Counted from the first letter of the stretch, positions 48,285 through 58,789 are shown. The stretch is DNA of 64,000 bases from Candidatus Omnitrophota bacterium (GCA_025453395.1 JALOQK010000002.1:410509-474508), one strand, 5' to 3'. Numbers and translations are program-made. The notes: generated by a model not told the origin, from the sequence alone.

Positions 48285-48372
48285 AGAAGCGTAAAGGTTA
48301 AAGCGAAAAGCGTAAAACCAAAATTTAAAATTTTAAATTGTAGTTTTGCGCTTTACGCTTTTAGTTTTTAGT
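48285..48372. repeat. AT-rich palindromic element (family 2) in the dnaK-dnaJ intergenic space
   Basis: aaagcgaaaagcgtaaaaccaaaatttaaaa / ttttaaattgtagttttgcgctttacgctttt inverted arms. It is ~85% identical to the arm at 57340-57385. Confidence 0.6.
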
Positions 48373-50259
48373 TTACTTTTTATCATCCTCTTCTTTGAAC
48401 TCTGCGTCAATCACATCTTCCTTTTTTTCTTCTTTTTTCGGTTCCTCTGTCGCCGGCCCTCTATCTTCTGACTTCTGGCCTGCGTCTTGCGCCTTCTGCT
48501 GCTTCTGCGAAGCCTGCTTATAAACCTCTTCAGCCAGTTTATGCGAAGCCTTGCTTAAATCGTCCATGGTCTTCTTAATACGCTGCACATCCTTTTCTTT
48601 GATCGCGTTCTTAACATCATTAGCCTTCGCTTCAATATCCGCTTTTTCCTCCTGGCTTATTTTGTCTCCGAAATCGCGAAGTGAGCGTTCTGTGGCATAG
48701 ACAAAATTATCCGCCTGGTTAGTCACTTCCACAAGTTCCTTTTTCTTAACATCATCAGCGGCGAATTTCTCCGCGTCTTTAACCATCTTATCAATTTCTT
48801 CTTTGGAGAGCTTCTTAGGCGCTGTAATGCGCACAGATTGCTCTTTCCCTGTGCCGAGGTCCTTGGCTGAAACATGCACAATGCCATTGGCGTCAATATC
48901 AAAAGTAACCTCTATTTGAGGAACGCCTCTTGGAGCGGGAGGAATACCTACCAGATCAAACCTGCCCAGCTCTACATTATCATCAGCCATGGGCCTTTCG
49001 CCCTGCAAAACCCTAATAGTTACCGCAGTTTGATTGTCCGCGGCAGTAGAAAATGTTTGGCCTTTTCTGGTAGGAACAGTAGTATTTCTCTCAATAAGTT
49101 TAGTACTTACTCCACCCAATGTTTCAATGCCCAAAGATAGCGGAGTAACGTCCAGCAATAATACATCTTTGACTTCGCCTTTCATAATTGCCGCCTGGAT
49201 TGCCGCTCCCATTGCCACGCATTCCATAGGGTCAACCCCGCGCTCAATTTTCTTGCCGATGTAATCCTCAACAAATTTCTGCACAATAGGCATGCGCGTG
49301 GGCCCGCCGACCATAATCACGCGATCAACATCAGAAGCCTTAAGCTTGGCATCAGAAAGCGCCTGTTCCATAGGATGTTTGCAACGATCAATAATAGGAG
49401 ATACCAAGTCTTCAAGCTTAGCGCGGGTTATAGACATCGTCAAATGCTTAGGCCCCGCGGCATCAGCAGTAATAAACGGCAGATTTATATCAGTTGAAAC
49501 TGTGGAAGAAAGCTCCACTTTTGCCTTTTCTGCTGCTTCACGTAATCTCTGCACTGCCATTTTGTCATTACGCAAATCAATTCCGGATTCACGCTTAAAC
49601 TGGTCCATGATATGGTTAATCAAAACGTTATCCATATCAGTTCCGCCCAACTGCGTATCCCCGGATGTTGACTTTACCTCAAAGACGCCTTGCGCCATTT
49701 CCATAATAGTAACGTCAAGGGTACCGCCGCCTAAATCAAAGACCATTATTTTCTGTTCCTTTTGGGATTTTTCCAAGCCATAAGCCAAACACGCTGCCGT
49801 AGGTTCATTGATTATGCGCAAGACTTTCAATCCGGCGATCTCCCCTGCGTCTTTAGTGGCAGTACGCTGGTTATCATCAAAATAAGCCGGGCAAGTAATA
49901 ACCACCTCTTCAACTTTATCGCCCAGATAGGCTTCGGCGTCCTGTTTTACTTTCTGCAGGATAAACGCGGAAATCTGCTGCGGCGAATACTCTTTGCCAA
50001 ATGCCTTAAAATGATAGTCGCTTCCCATCTTACGCTTGGCAGCCTGAATAGTCCCTTCAGGATTGATTGCCGCTTGACGACGCGCTGGCTCGCCGACAAG
50101 GCGCTGTCCGTCTTTGGTAAAAGCCACATAAGACGGAAACGCCTTGCCTGATGCCACCCCTGCTCCTTCCGCAGAAGGAATAATTACCGGCCTACCGCCT
50201 TCCATCACCGCTGCAGCTGAATTCGAAGTACCTAAATCAATACCGATTACTTTTGCCAT
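48373..50259 (-). CDS. dnaK: Chaperone DnaK (Hsp70)
   Basis: [14 protein letters not shown]... with all Hsp70 signatures. The start is set at MAKVIG, 7 codons inside the ORF-track start. Confidence 0.95.
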   Translation of the reverse strand: MAKVIGIDLGTSNSAAAVMEGGRPVIIPSAEGAGVASGKAFPSYVAFTKDGQRLVGEPARRQAAINPEGTIQAAKRKMGSDYHFKAFGKEYSPQQISAFILQKVKQDAEAYLGDKVEEVVITCPAYFDDNQRTATKDAGEIAGLKVLRIINEPTAACLAYGLEKSQKEQKIMVFDLGGGTLDVTIMEMAQGVFEVKSTSGDTQLGGTDMDNVLINHIMDQFKRESGIDLRNDKMAVQRLREAAEKAKVELSSTVSTDINLPFITADAAGPKHLTMSITRAKLEDLVSPIIDRCKHPMEQALSDAKLKASDVDRVIMVGGPTRMPIVQKFVEDYIGKKIERGVDPMECVAMGAAIQAAIMKGEVKDVLLLDVTPLSLGIETLGGVSTKLIERNTTVPTRKGQTFSTAADNQTAVTIRVLQGERPMADDNVELGRFDLVGIPPAPRGVPQIEVTFDIDANGIVHVSAKDLGTGKEQSVRITAPKKLSKEEIDKMVKDAEKFAADDVKKKELVEVTNQADNFVYATERSLRDFGDKISQEEKADIEAKANDVKNAIKEKDVQRIKKTMDDLSKASHKLAEEVYKQASQKQQKAQDAGQKSEDRGPATEEPKKEEKKEDVIDAEFKEEDDKK

Positions 50260-50383
50260 ATCAATACCCTCCTTGAGCACATAAAGTTTTTGTCCAGCGA
50301 AAATCCGACGAGTGCATTAAAATCTCATGCTCTTTGAAATTTTAATGCATTTTACGAGTCGGAGTAAATTAAAACATAGCCTA

Positions 50384-50914
50384 CTATTCATTGCTTCTTT
50401 TAGAAACCTTAACTTTCGTAGTTCTTATTACCCTATCATTCATCAAATAGCCCTTCTGCATTTCCTCTAAAACCGTGTGCTCCGGCAAATCCTTATTTTC
50501 TTCCTGCATAAGCGCTTCATGCAAATGCGGATCAAAAACTTTTCCTTCTGCTTCAATAGGTTTGACTCCATAGCTTTTCAATAATTCATACAAATGCGCC
50601 AAAATCATTTCTACGCCTTTGACAAAATTCGTAACCTCAGGATGCTGTTTCTGCTCTGTGGCTACCGTGCGCTCCAAGTCATCAAGGATGTTTAATAAAT
50701 CCACGATCAGGCCTTCATTAGCAAACTTGGCAAATTCCTGCTTTTCTTTGTCCATGCGCTTGCGGGTATTCTCAAAATCCGCCTGCAAACGCAAGATCCG
50801 GTCAGAATAATCCTTGGCTTGTTCTTTTAAGGCCAGGTACTCTTCTTCGGGAATGGTAATTTCCCGCTTCTTTTCTTCTTTGTGCTCTTTCTTTTCCTGA
50901 TTACTCATAATCAT
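50384..50914 (-). CDS. grpE: Nucleotide exchange factor GrpE
   Basis: RLQADFENTRKR...coiled-coil and a GrpE C-terminal beta domain. Confidence 0.9.
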   Translation of the reverse strand: MIMSNQEKKEHKEEKKREITIPEEEYLALKEQAKDYSDRILRLQADFENTRKRMDKEKQEFAKFANEGLIVDLLNILDDLERTVATEQKQHPEVTNFVKGVEMILAHLYELLKSYGVKPIEAEGKVFDPHLHEALMQEENKDLPEHTVLEEMQKGYLMNDRVIRTTKVKVSKRSNE

Positions 50915-51653
50915 TTAGCTCCTCTAGGGCATCGGATAAAGAATCTGAAATATACTCCAAGGCAGGGATAATATGATTATATTCCATGCGCATGGGGCCC
51001 AAAACCGCGATTTTCCCCAAAGTCTTCTTGCCGGCCGAATAATTGGAAATAACAATCGCGCATCTTTCTACCTCCGGACAGCCTAGTTCATCGCCTATAT
51101 AAATCTTGACCTTATCATCAAAATCACGATTAATTATATTGAAGAAGCGTTGCTTATCTTCAATTAAACGGACAATATTTCTTATCTGCCCGGCATCCTG
51201 AAATTCCGGCTGTTCCAGCATAGAGCTTATGCCCTTATAAAACAGCCTTTTGTCTTGGTTGATAACCGAAGCTATGCCGGCGTAATGCGTAACAGCGCTT
51301 AAGACATCGGTTGTCGCCTCTAACAGATCTTCGAGCTTCTGCAGCTTTTTCTTATATTCGTTGCCAATACGCTCTTTTTCGCCGTCTAAAAGCTGCATCT
51401 GCTGAATCAGTATATCCACGTAATACCGATACCCCTTAACCGTAGGGATTCTTCCTCCGGAAGTATAGGGATGCGTTAAATAACCTTCGTCCTCTAACTG
51501 CTTAAAGATATTGCGTATGGTAGCGGAACTAAGCTCAAAATTGCGGGCAAGATCATCCGAAGATACTGGCTGTGCCTTCTTGATATAAAGGTTTATCACC
51601 TGTGCCAGAACCGCTTTCTTCCTGTTTTCAAAATCTATGTTTTTATTCATCAT
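50901..51653 (-). CDS. hrcA: Heat-inducible transcription repressor HrcA (short form)
   Basis: N-terminal winged-helix (RKKAVLAQVINLYIKKAQPVSSDDLA...SSATIRNIFKQLEDEGYLTHPYTSGGRIPT). A CIRCE element lies directly upstream. Confidence 0.85.
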   Translation of the reverse strand: MMNKNIDFENRKKAVLAQVINLYIKKAQPVSSDDLARNFELSSATIRNIFKQLEDEGYLTHPYTSGGRIPTVKGYRYYVDILIQQMQLLDGEKERIGNEYKKKLQKLEDLLEATTDVLSAVTHYAGIASVINQDKRLFYKGISSMLEQPEFQDAGQIRNIVRLIEDKQRFFNIINRDFDDKVKIYIGDELGCPEVERCAIVISNYSAGKKTLGKIAVLGPMRMEYNHIIPALEYISDSLSDALEELNDYE

Positions 51654-51661
51654 AGTTTAAA

Positions 51662-51688
51662 TTAGCACTCTTTATCTAAGATTGCTAA
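51662..51688. promoter_or_regulatory. CIRCE operator (HrcA binding site)
   Basis: TTAGCACTC-tttatctaa-GATTGCTAA has one mismatch to the consensus TTAGCACTC-N9-GAGTGCTAA. It lies 9 nt upstream of the hrcA start. Confidence 0.8.
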
Positions 51689-51694
51689 CGGGTA

Positions 51695-51722
51695 ATTCTA
51701 ACATAAATCACCCCTTTGTCAA
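51695..51722 (-). promoter_or_regulatory. Sigma-70-like promoter of the hrcA-grpE-dnaK-dnaJ operon
   Basis: On the minus strand TTGACA-N16-TAGAAT lies immediately upstream of CIRCE. Confidence 0.5.
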
Positions 51723-51733
51723 TAGGCACTTCC

Positions 51734-53935
51734 TTATCGAATTACAAATTTTAGCCCCTGGTCCGCCTGCACATCCACGATAATTTTCTTTGCCAAATAA
51801 GTTTTATGCTCTAAAATCTTTAAGGCCAAGGGATCCTGAATATATCTATTTATCGCGCGCTTCAGCGGCCGGGCGCCAAAATTAATGTCAAACCCTTGTT
51901 CTAAAAGAAATTCTTTGGCCTTACTTGTAACCTCTAAAGTAATCCCAAGGCTCAACATCTTTTCATAAAGCGGCTCTAACTGCAGATCCACGATCTTTAA
52001 CAATTCAGCTTGCCTTAAGGAATTAAAAACCACAATATCATCTAAACGGTTGATAAATTCCGGACGAAAGAATTTGCGCACCTCTTCCATAAGTTTATCT
52101 TTTAGAAATACAGCGTTGTCTGCGGCTTTCTGGGCCTGCTGTTGAATAATATCCTGCCCAATATTAGAGGTCATAATAACTACGGTATTTCTAAAATTAA
52201 CTACCTGCCCATGGCCATCCGTAAGCCTGCCGTCGTCCAAGACCTGCAAAAGAATATTAAAAACATCCGGGTGCGCCTTTTCAATTTCATCAAGAAGGAT
52301 CACCGCATACGGCCTTCTTCTTATTTTCTCGGTCAATTGCCCGCCTTCATCATAGCCTACATACCCGGGAGGAGCTCCGATAAGCCGCGACACGCTGTGT
52401 TTTTCCATATATTCAGACATATCTATACGGATAAGCGCGTCATTATCGTCAAATAAAAATCCTGCCAACTCCTGCGCCAGCTTTGTTTTGCCTACGCCTG
52501 TGGGCCCTAAGAAAATAAAAGAGCCTATGGGCCTGCGCTCATCCGCTAAACCGCTTTGCGAACGCCGGATAGCCGCGGCAATAGTTTCTACTGCCTGATC
52601 CTGGCCGATAACGCTGGATTTAAGGCGCTGTTCCATTTTGAGCAATTTCTCTGCGTCTTGCTCCTTAAGTTTGGCAAGAGCGATACCAGTTGACTCAGAA
52701 ACCACATTAGCAATATCATCGTCATCAACCTCTTGCCTTAACATAGGGCTGCCCTCGGAAATCTTTTCTAATTCATCGTTTTTCTTATTTAACTGTGCGC
52801 CCAGATCCACCAACTCTCCATATTTAATCCGCGCGGCCTTTTCCAAGTCCCCGGTTTTTTCAGCAGAATGAGCCTGATTCTTTAATTGTTCGATTTTCTC
52901 TTTAATATTCTGGATACTGACAATCACCGCCTTTTCCTTTTCCCATCTTTTTTTCTTTTCCTCAAGCTCTATCTTTAAAATTGACAAATCCTGCTCAATT
53001 TTATTCAATCGGTCCTGCGAATCCTTTTCTATTTCTTTTTTCAAGGCCTGCCTCTGGATTTCAAGCTGCAGGATTTTTCTCTGCAGGTTATCCACCTGCG
53101 CAGGCATACTGTCTATTTCAATACGCAGGCGGCTGGCGGCTTCATCAATCAGATCCACAGCTTTATCCGGCAAATGCCGCTGATTAATGTAGCGCGCTGA
53201 CAACTTAGCCGCAGCAATTAATGCCGAATCTTTAATGCGCACCCCATGATGCACCTCATATTTCTCTTTAAGCCCGCGTAAAATCGCAATTGTATCGTGG
53301 ACACTTGGCTCTTCCAGGAATACCGTCTGGAACCTGCGCTCAAGCGCGCGGTCTTTTTCAATATACTGCCTGTATTCATCAAGAGTAGTCGCTCCGATAC
53401 AACGTAACTGCCCCCGGGCAAGCATGGGCTTTAGCATATTAGAAGCGTCAATGGCCCCTTCTGCCGCACCTGCTCCCACAATAGTATGCAGTTCGTCAAT
53501 AAAAAGAATTATTTCCTTGTCCTTTTCCTGTATTTCTTTTAAAACTGCCTTGAGCCTGTCTTCAAATTCGCCGCGGAATTTTGCTCCGGCAATAAGGCTT
53601 CCCAGATCCAAAGAAACAATCCTCTTGTTTTTTAAACCCTCCGGGACATCATTAGAAACGATCCTCTGGGCTAAACCTTCAACTACCGCGGTTTTGCCCA
53701 CTCCCGCCTCTCCGATTAAAACCGGATTATTTTTTGTCCGGCGGGAAAGAACCTGCATTAACCGCCTTATTTGAGAATCCCTGCCAATTACCGGATCAAG
53801 TTTCATCTGCCGGGCAAGCGCGGTAATATCCTGCCCATACTTTTCCAGGGCGCTTGATCCTTCTTGGGAGTTCTGCTCTTGTTCAATTCTAAAATCCTCC
53901 TGGCCCATCTTAAATTCTCCTTTCACCATTAGCAC
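51734..53935 (-). CDS. clpB: ATP-dependent chaperone ClpB lacking the N-terminal domain
   Basis: Two AAA+ modules ([17 protein letters not shown]; [15 protein letters not shown]) separated by a long coiled-coil M-domain. At 733 aa it is much shorter than the ~860 aa of canonical ClpB, and it begins at the NBD1 linker region. Confidence 0.85.
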   Translation of the reverse strand: MLMVKGEFKMGQEDFRIEQEQNSQEGSSALEKYGQDITALARQMKLDPVIGRDSQIRRLMQVLSRRTKNNPVLIGEAGVGKTAVVEGLAQRIVSNDVPEGLKNKRIVSLDLGSLIAGAKFRGEFEDRLKAVLKEIQEKDKEIILFIDELHTIVGAGAAEGAIDASNMLKPMLARGQLRCIGATTLDEYRQYIEKDRALERRFQTVFLEEPSVHDTIAILRGLKEKYEVHHGVRIKDSALIAAAKLSARYINQRHLPDKAVDLIDEAASRLRIEIDSMPAQVDNLQRKILQLEIQRQALKKEIEKDSQDRLNKIEQDLSILKIELEEKKKRWEKEKAVIVSIQNIKEKIEQLKNQAHSAEKTGDLEKAARIKYGELVDLGAQLNKKNDELEKISEGSPMLRQEVDDDDIANVVSESTGIALAKLKEQDAEKLLKMEQRLKSSVIGQDQAVETIAAAIRRSQSGLADERRPIGSFIFLGPTGVGKTKLAQELAGFLFDDNDALIRIDMSEYMEKHSVSRLIGAPPGYVGYDEGGQLTEKIRRRPYAVILLDEIEKAHPDVFNILLQVLDDGRLTDGHGQVVNFRNTVVIMTSNIGQDIIQQQAQKAADNAVFLKDKLMEEVRKFFRPEFINRLDDIVVFNSLRQAELLKIVDLQLEPLYEKMLSLGITLEVTSKAKEFLLEQGFDINFGARPLKRAINRYIQDPLALKILEHKTYLAKKIIVDVQADQGLKFVIR

Positions 53936-53978
53936 TCTGATATATTGAGTGCTAACATAAAAATAAAAAAAATTTACC

Positions 53979-54236
53979 CTAAACTTCTTTTTCCAAAATA
54001 ATTTTTATTCCGTGGATATTCACTTTTTTCTCCTCCATGAGATAATGCACGTACTCTAATCGGCGCATATCCTTTAAAGAATAAAGCCTGCTTTTCTTAC
54101 CTACTCTTTTGGGCTTAACCACTCCTGCCTTATCCAACTGCCTTAAAGTCCATACCGGTAAATCCACCAATTTGCTCACAATGCTTATTACATAAACTGG
54201 TTCATCCGGGCTTATCTGAATATCAAACAAAGGCAT
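53979..54236 (-). CDS. hspR: MerR-family heat-shock regulator HspR-like (DNA-binding domain only)
   Basis: PVYVISIVSKLVDLPVWTLRQLDKAGVVKPKRVGKKSRLYSLKDMRRLEYVHYL closely follows the HspR N-terminus pattern (PVYVIS.a..L.g....TLRqYDrlGLv.P.R..g..R.YS..D). It is encoded immediately upstream of clpB. Confidence 0.65.
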   Translation of the reverse strand: MPLFDIQISPDEPVYVISIVSKLVDLPVWTLRQLDKAGVVKPKRVGKKSRLYSLKDMRRLEYVHYLMEEKKVNIHGIKIILEKEV

Positions 54237-54283
54237 GAAATTCTCCTGATTTCGGCGTGCCTATGGGGTTTACTCCGAAATAA

Positions 54284-54302
54284 CACTTTGCTCTGCAAAG
54301 TG
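54284..54302. promoter_or_regulatory. Perfect 8-3-8 palindrome upstream of the hspR-like gene, a candidate operator
   Basis: CACTTTGC-tct-GCAAAGTG sits ~50 nt upstream of the hspR-like start. It is not the Streptomyces HAIR consensus sequence. Confidence 0.35.
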
Positions 54303-54360
54303 CTTTCTAGTTTATTTACAATAAGAGAATAGCACAACCCAACTATTCTGTCAAGCAAAA

Positions 54361-55671
54361 TTAATTATTTTTGTTAGATATTCTAACAGTTATCCCCATC
54401 TTCTTATCCAACAACAGCTTATCTGCTAATACTTTAGTCGTAACCAGCTTGATCTCTACGCTTTTATTAAGGTATTTAATCTGTTCAACCTTGCCCATTT
54501 TGTAAATCATATTCACCAAATCCATTCTCCCCTGCGCAAGGGTTAAATCTAACTTCACCATCCTTGCGCTAAACACCTGGGTGATTTTTTCTAATAATTT
54601 ATCTATATTCTTACTCGTCAAAGCAGAAATTGCCACAGAATCCGCATAAGTGCTCAACAGATTATCTAAATACTGCTGATCAGGCACAAGGTCAATTTTG
54701 TTTAATACGGTGATAGTTTTCTTGTCTTCTAATTCCAATTGCTTCAAAACATCTAATACCGCCAGATACAATTGTTCGCTTTTGTGATGGCTTGCGTCCA
54801 AAACGTGCAAAAGCAAGTCCGCCTCAATGGCCTCTTCCAAGGTGCCATGAAATGCCTGGATTAAATGATGCGGCAGATTATAAAGAAAACCCACGGTATC
54901 TGAAATAATTATCTGCTCTTTATTCAAAAGGGAGAGGTTGCGCGATAAAGGATCAAGGGTTGTAAAAAGGCTGTTCTGGACCTTCTGCCCGGCAAAAGTT
55001 AAAGTATTAAGAAGCGTTGATTTACCGGCATTAGTATAACCCACAATCGCCACAACCGGAATGTCATTTTCTTTTCTTTTCTTGCGCGCAACTTGCCGAT
55101 GCAAAGACAATCGCGCCAGCTGCTCCTTTAGTTTATCAATTCTTGCGCGCACGCATCTTCGGTCTGTTTCAAGCTTCTGTTCACCGGGGCCGCGCGTACC
55201 AATGCCTGCACCCAGCCGCGACAACCAGGGGTCACTGCCCACAAGCCGCGGCAGAAGATATTCCAATTGCGCCAACTCCACTTGCGTTTTTCCTTCCATG
55301 CTCTTGGCATGCCTGGCAAAAATATCCAAGATAAGCTGGGTGCGGTCAATTACTTTCTTGTCCAACACCTCTTCAAGATTGCGCTGTTGGGTGCCGGACA
55401 AATCCACATTAAAAATTACCGTCTGAACGTCATATTCAGATGCCAAAGCTTTCAATTCTTCGGCTTTGCCCTTACCTATATATAGATTGGGGGTGATTTG
55501 TTTTAGCATGCAGGGGATCGTATCTACCGGCTCTGCGGAAGCTGTATCCGCAAGCTCTTCTAACTCAAGCGCCATATCCTCAAGCGCCCAGCCAGATTCA
55601 TCATCATATTCTTTTACTACGATTAACAATGCTCTTTCTTTCATTACCCTAACTTTCCAATCTGTTGGCAA
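54361..55671 (-). CDS. hflX: GTPase HflX
   Basis: HflX N-terminal domain followed by a G domain ([17 protein letters not shown]). Confidence 0.9.
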   Translation of the reverse strand: MPTDWKVRVMKERALLIVVKEYDDESGWALEDMALELEELADTASAEPVDTIPCMLKQITPNLYIGKGKAEELKALASEYDVQTVIFNVDLSGTQQRNLEEVLDKKVIDRTQLILDIFARHAKSMEGKTQVELAQLEYLLPRLVGSDPWLSRLGAGIGTRGPGEQKLETDRRCVRARIDKLKEQLARLSLHRQVARKKRKENDIPVVAIVGYTNAGKSTLLNTLTFAGQKVQNSLFTTLDPLSRNLSLLNKEQIIISDTVGFLYNLPHHLIQAFHGTLEEAIEADLLLHVLDASHHKSEQLYLAVLDVLKQLELEDKKTITVLNKIDLVPDQQYLDNLLSTYADSVAISALTSKNIDKLLEKITQVFSARMVKLDLTLAQGRMDLVNMIYKMGKVEQIKYLNKSVEIKLVTTKVLADKLLLDKKMGITVRISNKNN

Positions 55672-56575
55672 TAAGCTTAGAGATAGCGGACGGCTTATCC
55701 TTTGCCTTGATTTCTATCCAACATAAACGCTTATCTTTTCTAAACCAAGTCAGCTGGCGCTTAGCATATAAACGGGTATTATGCTTAATCCGCTCTAAAG
55801 CTTCTTCCAATAAACACTCATCCTTTAAGTAAGAACCAATTTCAGAGATTCCTATGGCAAAGCTGGCGGTTCGGCTTGTTTTCTTCTTTAATAAATCCTT
55901 CACTTCTTTTAATAATCCCGACTTTTGCATTTTATTTACCCGCTTATCAATGCGAGAATACAAATCTTTCCTGTCCATATTAAGACAAAAGGCTTTAATA
56001 TCATAACTATCCGCCAAGCCGCTTCTTTGTTTCTGCAAAAAAGATATTTTCTTGCCCGTACCCAGAAAAACTTCCAGTGCCCGTATAACCCGCTTCAGGT
56101 CATGGGGATGGATCTTAGCTGCCGCCTCTTTATCGGTTTTTAGCAATATCTGATACAAATATTCTTTGCCCTTGTCTTGGGAAAGCTTATATAGCCGGGA
56201 ACGGATTTTTTCCTGCTCTGGAATTTTAACTTCAAAAATGCCGTCCAGCAAAATAGACATATAAAGCCCTGTGCCGCCAACAAGAATCGGGGTTTTTCCG
56301 CGCGAAAAAATATCAATTATTGCCGCATTGGCTTGTTTACGGTACCGCGAAACATCATATTCACAAGTTACCGGAACTTGTTCAAATAAATGATGCTTGA
56401 CTTGCCTCTTAAATTTATCTTCAGGAGCAGAATTCAAAATATTCATTCCCTGGTAGACTTGCATGGAATCACAACAGACAATCTCGCCGTTTATTTTCTT
56501 TGCCAGGCAATAAGCGACCGCGCTTTTACCCGAAGCTGTAGGCCCAACAATAAAAATAATTCTTTTTTTCAGCAA
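55649..56575 (-). CDS. miaA: tRNA dimethylallyltransferase
   Basis: [16 protein letters not shown]-loop with a MiaA core. Confidence 0.9.
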   Translation of the reverse strand: MLKKRIIFIVGPTASGKSAVAYCLAKKINGEIVCCDSMQVYQGMNILNSAPEDKFKRQVKHHLFEQVPVTCEYDVSRYRKQANAAIIDIFSRGKTPILVGGTGLYMSILLDGIFEVKIPEQEKIRSRLYKLSQDKGKEYLYQILLKTDKEAAAKIHPHDLKRVIRALEVFLGTGKKISFLQKQRSGLADSYDIKAFCLNMDRKDLYSRIDKRVNKMQKSGLLKEVKDLLKKKTSRTASFAIGISEIGSYLKDECLLEEALERIKHNTRLYAKRQLTWFRKDKRLCWIEIKAKDKPSAISKLIANRLES

Positions 56576-56622
56576 AGCATTCCTCTCATACTAAAACCAA
56601 AAGATTTTGGCATAAACATCTA

Positions 56623-57411
56623 CTATGGGAAAATTTTGGTAGGTAAACCCTGGCCAGATAGTTTTTTCTCTACGACTTGGGCTTCTTGCAGCGAATTCAA
56701 CTTGCCCACGCGCACTTTATAAACCGGCTTGCCGGAATTCTCTGACTGAACAAGATAGGAATCAAACCCCTGATTATATAACCTATCCTTTAGCTCTAAA
56801 GCGTTATTTTTCTCACTAAATGCGCCCACTTGGACACAATAGAATTCTTTGGGGCAGACTTCTTCGGGCTTAAGCTGAAAACAACTGAAACTGGGGTCCT
56901 TTAATTTAGCTAAATAATTCTGCGATTTAACAGTATCGCCTTTTTTTAACGCGCATTGGCTTAAACGGTAATAAATCTGGTCCAACACTACCGAAAACTC
57001 GCTATCTGTAATAGTGCCCTCGTAGATACCCTGCGCCTTGGTATAGTCCTCTCTCAAGAAAAACGTATCCCCTAATCCTATTTTAGCCTTAGTTTTGAAT
57101 TTGCTGTCCTGAAATTCATTGATCACTATCTCGAAAATATCTGACGCGCGCAGATAATTTGCGTCTTTAAGATAACTAATCCCTAAAAGATAATATAACT
57201 CATCCATGCCCTTTTCATCATGTTTGGTATCCCCCAGCAGGATCTCCCCCTCTATGATAGCCGCCTTATAATCATGCCTTAAGATATCAACCTTGATCTT
57301 CTCTAAATCCAAAGCATAAACGCGTGATACAAACGAAAAACTCAAAGCGAAAAATGTAAAACCAAAACTTAAAATTAAAAATTTAACCGCTTTTTCTCTT
57401 TGTCTTTTCAT
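56623..57411 (-). CDS. TPR-like / SPOR-domain periplasmic protein (septal peptidoglycan-binding)
   Basis: Signal peptide and a TPR-like helical region. The C-terminal SPOR domain reads YCVQVGAFSEKNNALELKDRLYNQGFDSYLV...YKVRVGKLNSLQEA. Confidence 0.6.
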   Translation of the reverse strand: MKRQREKAVKFLILSFGFTFFALSFSFVSRVYALDLEKIKVDILRHDYKAAIIEGEILLGDTKHDEKGMDELYYLLGISYLKDANYLRASDIFEIVINEFQDSKFKTKAKIGLGDTFFLREDYTKAQGIYEGTITDSEFSVVLDQIYYRLSQCALKKGDTVKSQNYLAKLKDPSFSCFQLKPEEVCPKEFYCVQVGAFSEKNNALELKDRLYNQGFDSYLVQSENSGKPVYKVRVGKLNSLQEAQVVEKKLSGQGLPTKIFP

Positions 57412-57475
57412 GTTTACATTTTAACTTTTAAACTTTAGCTTTACGTTTTTCGTTTTGCGCTTTAAGCTTAACTGA
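57340..57475. repeat. AT-rich palindromic element (family 2) overlapping the start of the SPOR-domain gene
   Basis: The caaagcgaaaaatgtaaaaccaaaacttaaaattaaaaatttaa arm lies inside the signal-peptide coding region. The complementary T-rich arm (tttacattttaac...tttttcgttttgcgcttt) lies in the 5' UTR. Confidence 0.55.
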
Positions 57476-58789
57476 TATTTTCTTCTGTAGCTCCAATATT
57501 AAACCGTGCCTTCTTTCTTTTTCCGCTTTTGGCACATCATCCGGCATATTCGCGGCTTGCGTATGCGGCCGGGGCGAATACTTAAAGATAAAACCGGCGT
57601 TAAATTCAACTTCTTTTATTAAATCGTAAGTATCTTGAAAATCTTTTTCTGTCTCACCCGGAAATCCTACAATAATATCCGTAGTCAGGGCCCCATTAGG
57701 AACTATTTTACGATATTGCGCCGCTAAATCCAAATAGAATCTTCTGGTATATTGGCGGTTCATTAACTTTAAAATCCGGTCAGAGCCTGATTGCACCGGA
57801 AGATGCAGATATTTCTTAAGTTTGCCGCATTCTGCCATCGCCTTAAAAAGCTCAATACTTGTATCTTTAGGGTGAGAAGTAATAAAACCAAACTCCTTTA
57901 AGCCTTTAACCGCATTGACTGTTTTTAATAAATCCACAAAACTGATTTCTATATCTTTATTTGGAATTTGGGATTTGGAATCTGAGATTTGGGATTTGTA
58001 AGAGTTTACGTTCTGCCCCAGCAAGGTAACGCTTGTGATTCCTAGGGCAACCGCCTCGTTTATTTCTTGCAAGATATCTTCTTTTCTTCTGTGGCGTAGT
58101 GCTTTGCGAGTATAAGGCACGACACAGTATGAGCAAAAGTTAGAACAGCCTTCGGAAATAACAATAAAGGCATGATTTTTATCTTCAAAAAATCCGGTAT
58201 GATAAATCTGCTCCGGCCTGTTTTCGCCGTCTGTCTCCCAAATCTTGCTTTCAAAAAAGCTTTTTGCTTTTAGTTTTTCGCCTTTAGCTGAAGGCTGACA
58301 GCTGACAGCTGACAGCTGACTGATTATTTCTGGGATTTTTGCGATATCCGCCGGCCCGACCACAAAATCCACCTCCGGCGACCTCTCAAACACCGCTTCT
58401 TTATAATTCTGCGCCATACATCCAACAAGCCCTATTATAGGTTTATTTTTCTCACTTTTTCCTTTTTCCTTTTTACTTTTTAGTTTTGTGATCCTCCCAA
58501 TTTCACTCCACACCTTCTCCTCGGCGTGCTGGCGCACAGAACAGGTATTAAGAATAACCACATTTGCTTCTTCCGCCAAACCAGTTATCGTATATCCTGC
58601 CTTCTGCAAAATCCCGGAAATCACCTCGGAATCCCGTAGATTCATCTGACAACCAAAAGTTTTGATAAAAACTTTTGGTTGCCGTGTCCGCGCTGCGCAG
58701 GGTAAAGTTTGCAAAACTTTACCCTGCACGTTTGCAGCCGGACCACTTTGGCGCCCGGACCTATTTCTACTTCTTCTTTGCTCTTCCAT
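57428..58789 (-). CDS. miaB: MiaB-like tRNA methylthiotransferase without a recognisable TRAM domain, carrying several repeat-derived in-frame inserts
   Basis: MTTase N-domain KVFIKTFGCQMNLRDSEV...ILNTCSVRQHAEEKV and radical-SAM core (CSNFCSYC). It ends where the TRAM domain would start. The N-terminal 38 aa are encoded by a palindrome-rich stretch. Inserts KLKSKKEKGKSEKNK, QLSAVSCQPSAKGEK and YKSQISDSKSQIPN are encoded by repeat DNA. Confidence 0.7.
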   Translation of the reverse strand: MEEQRRSRNRSGRQSGPAANVQGKVLQTLPCAARTRQPKVFIKTFGCQMNLRDSEVISGILQKAGYTITGLAEEANVVILNTCSVRQHAEEKVWSEIGRITKLKSKKEKGKSEKNKPIIGLVGCMAQNYKEAVFERSPEVDFVVGPADIAKIPEIISQLSAVSCQPSAKGEKLKAKSFFESKIWETDGENRPEQIYHTGFFEDKNHAFIVISEGCSNFCSYCVVPYTRKALRHRRKEDILQEINEAVALGITSVTLLGQNVNSYKSQISDSKSQIPNKDIEISFVDLLKTVNAVKGLKEFGFITSHPKDTSIELFKAMAECGKLKKYLHLPVQSGSDRILKLMNRQYTRRFYLDLAAQYRKIVPNGALTTDIIVGFPGETEKDFQDTYDLIKEVEFNAGFIFKYSPRPHTQAANMPDDVPKAEKERRHGLILELQKKISVKLKAQNEKRKAKV

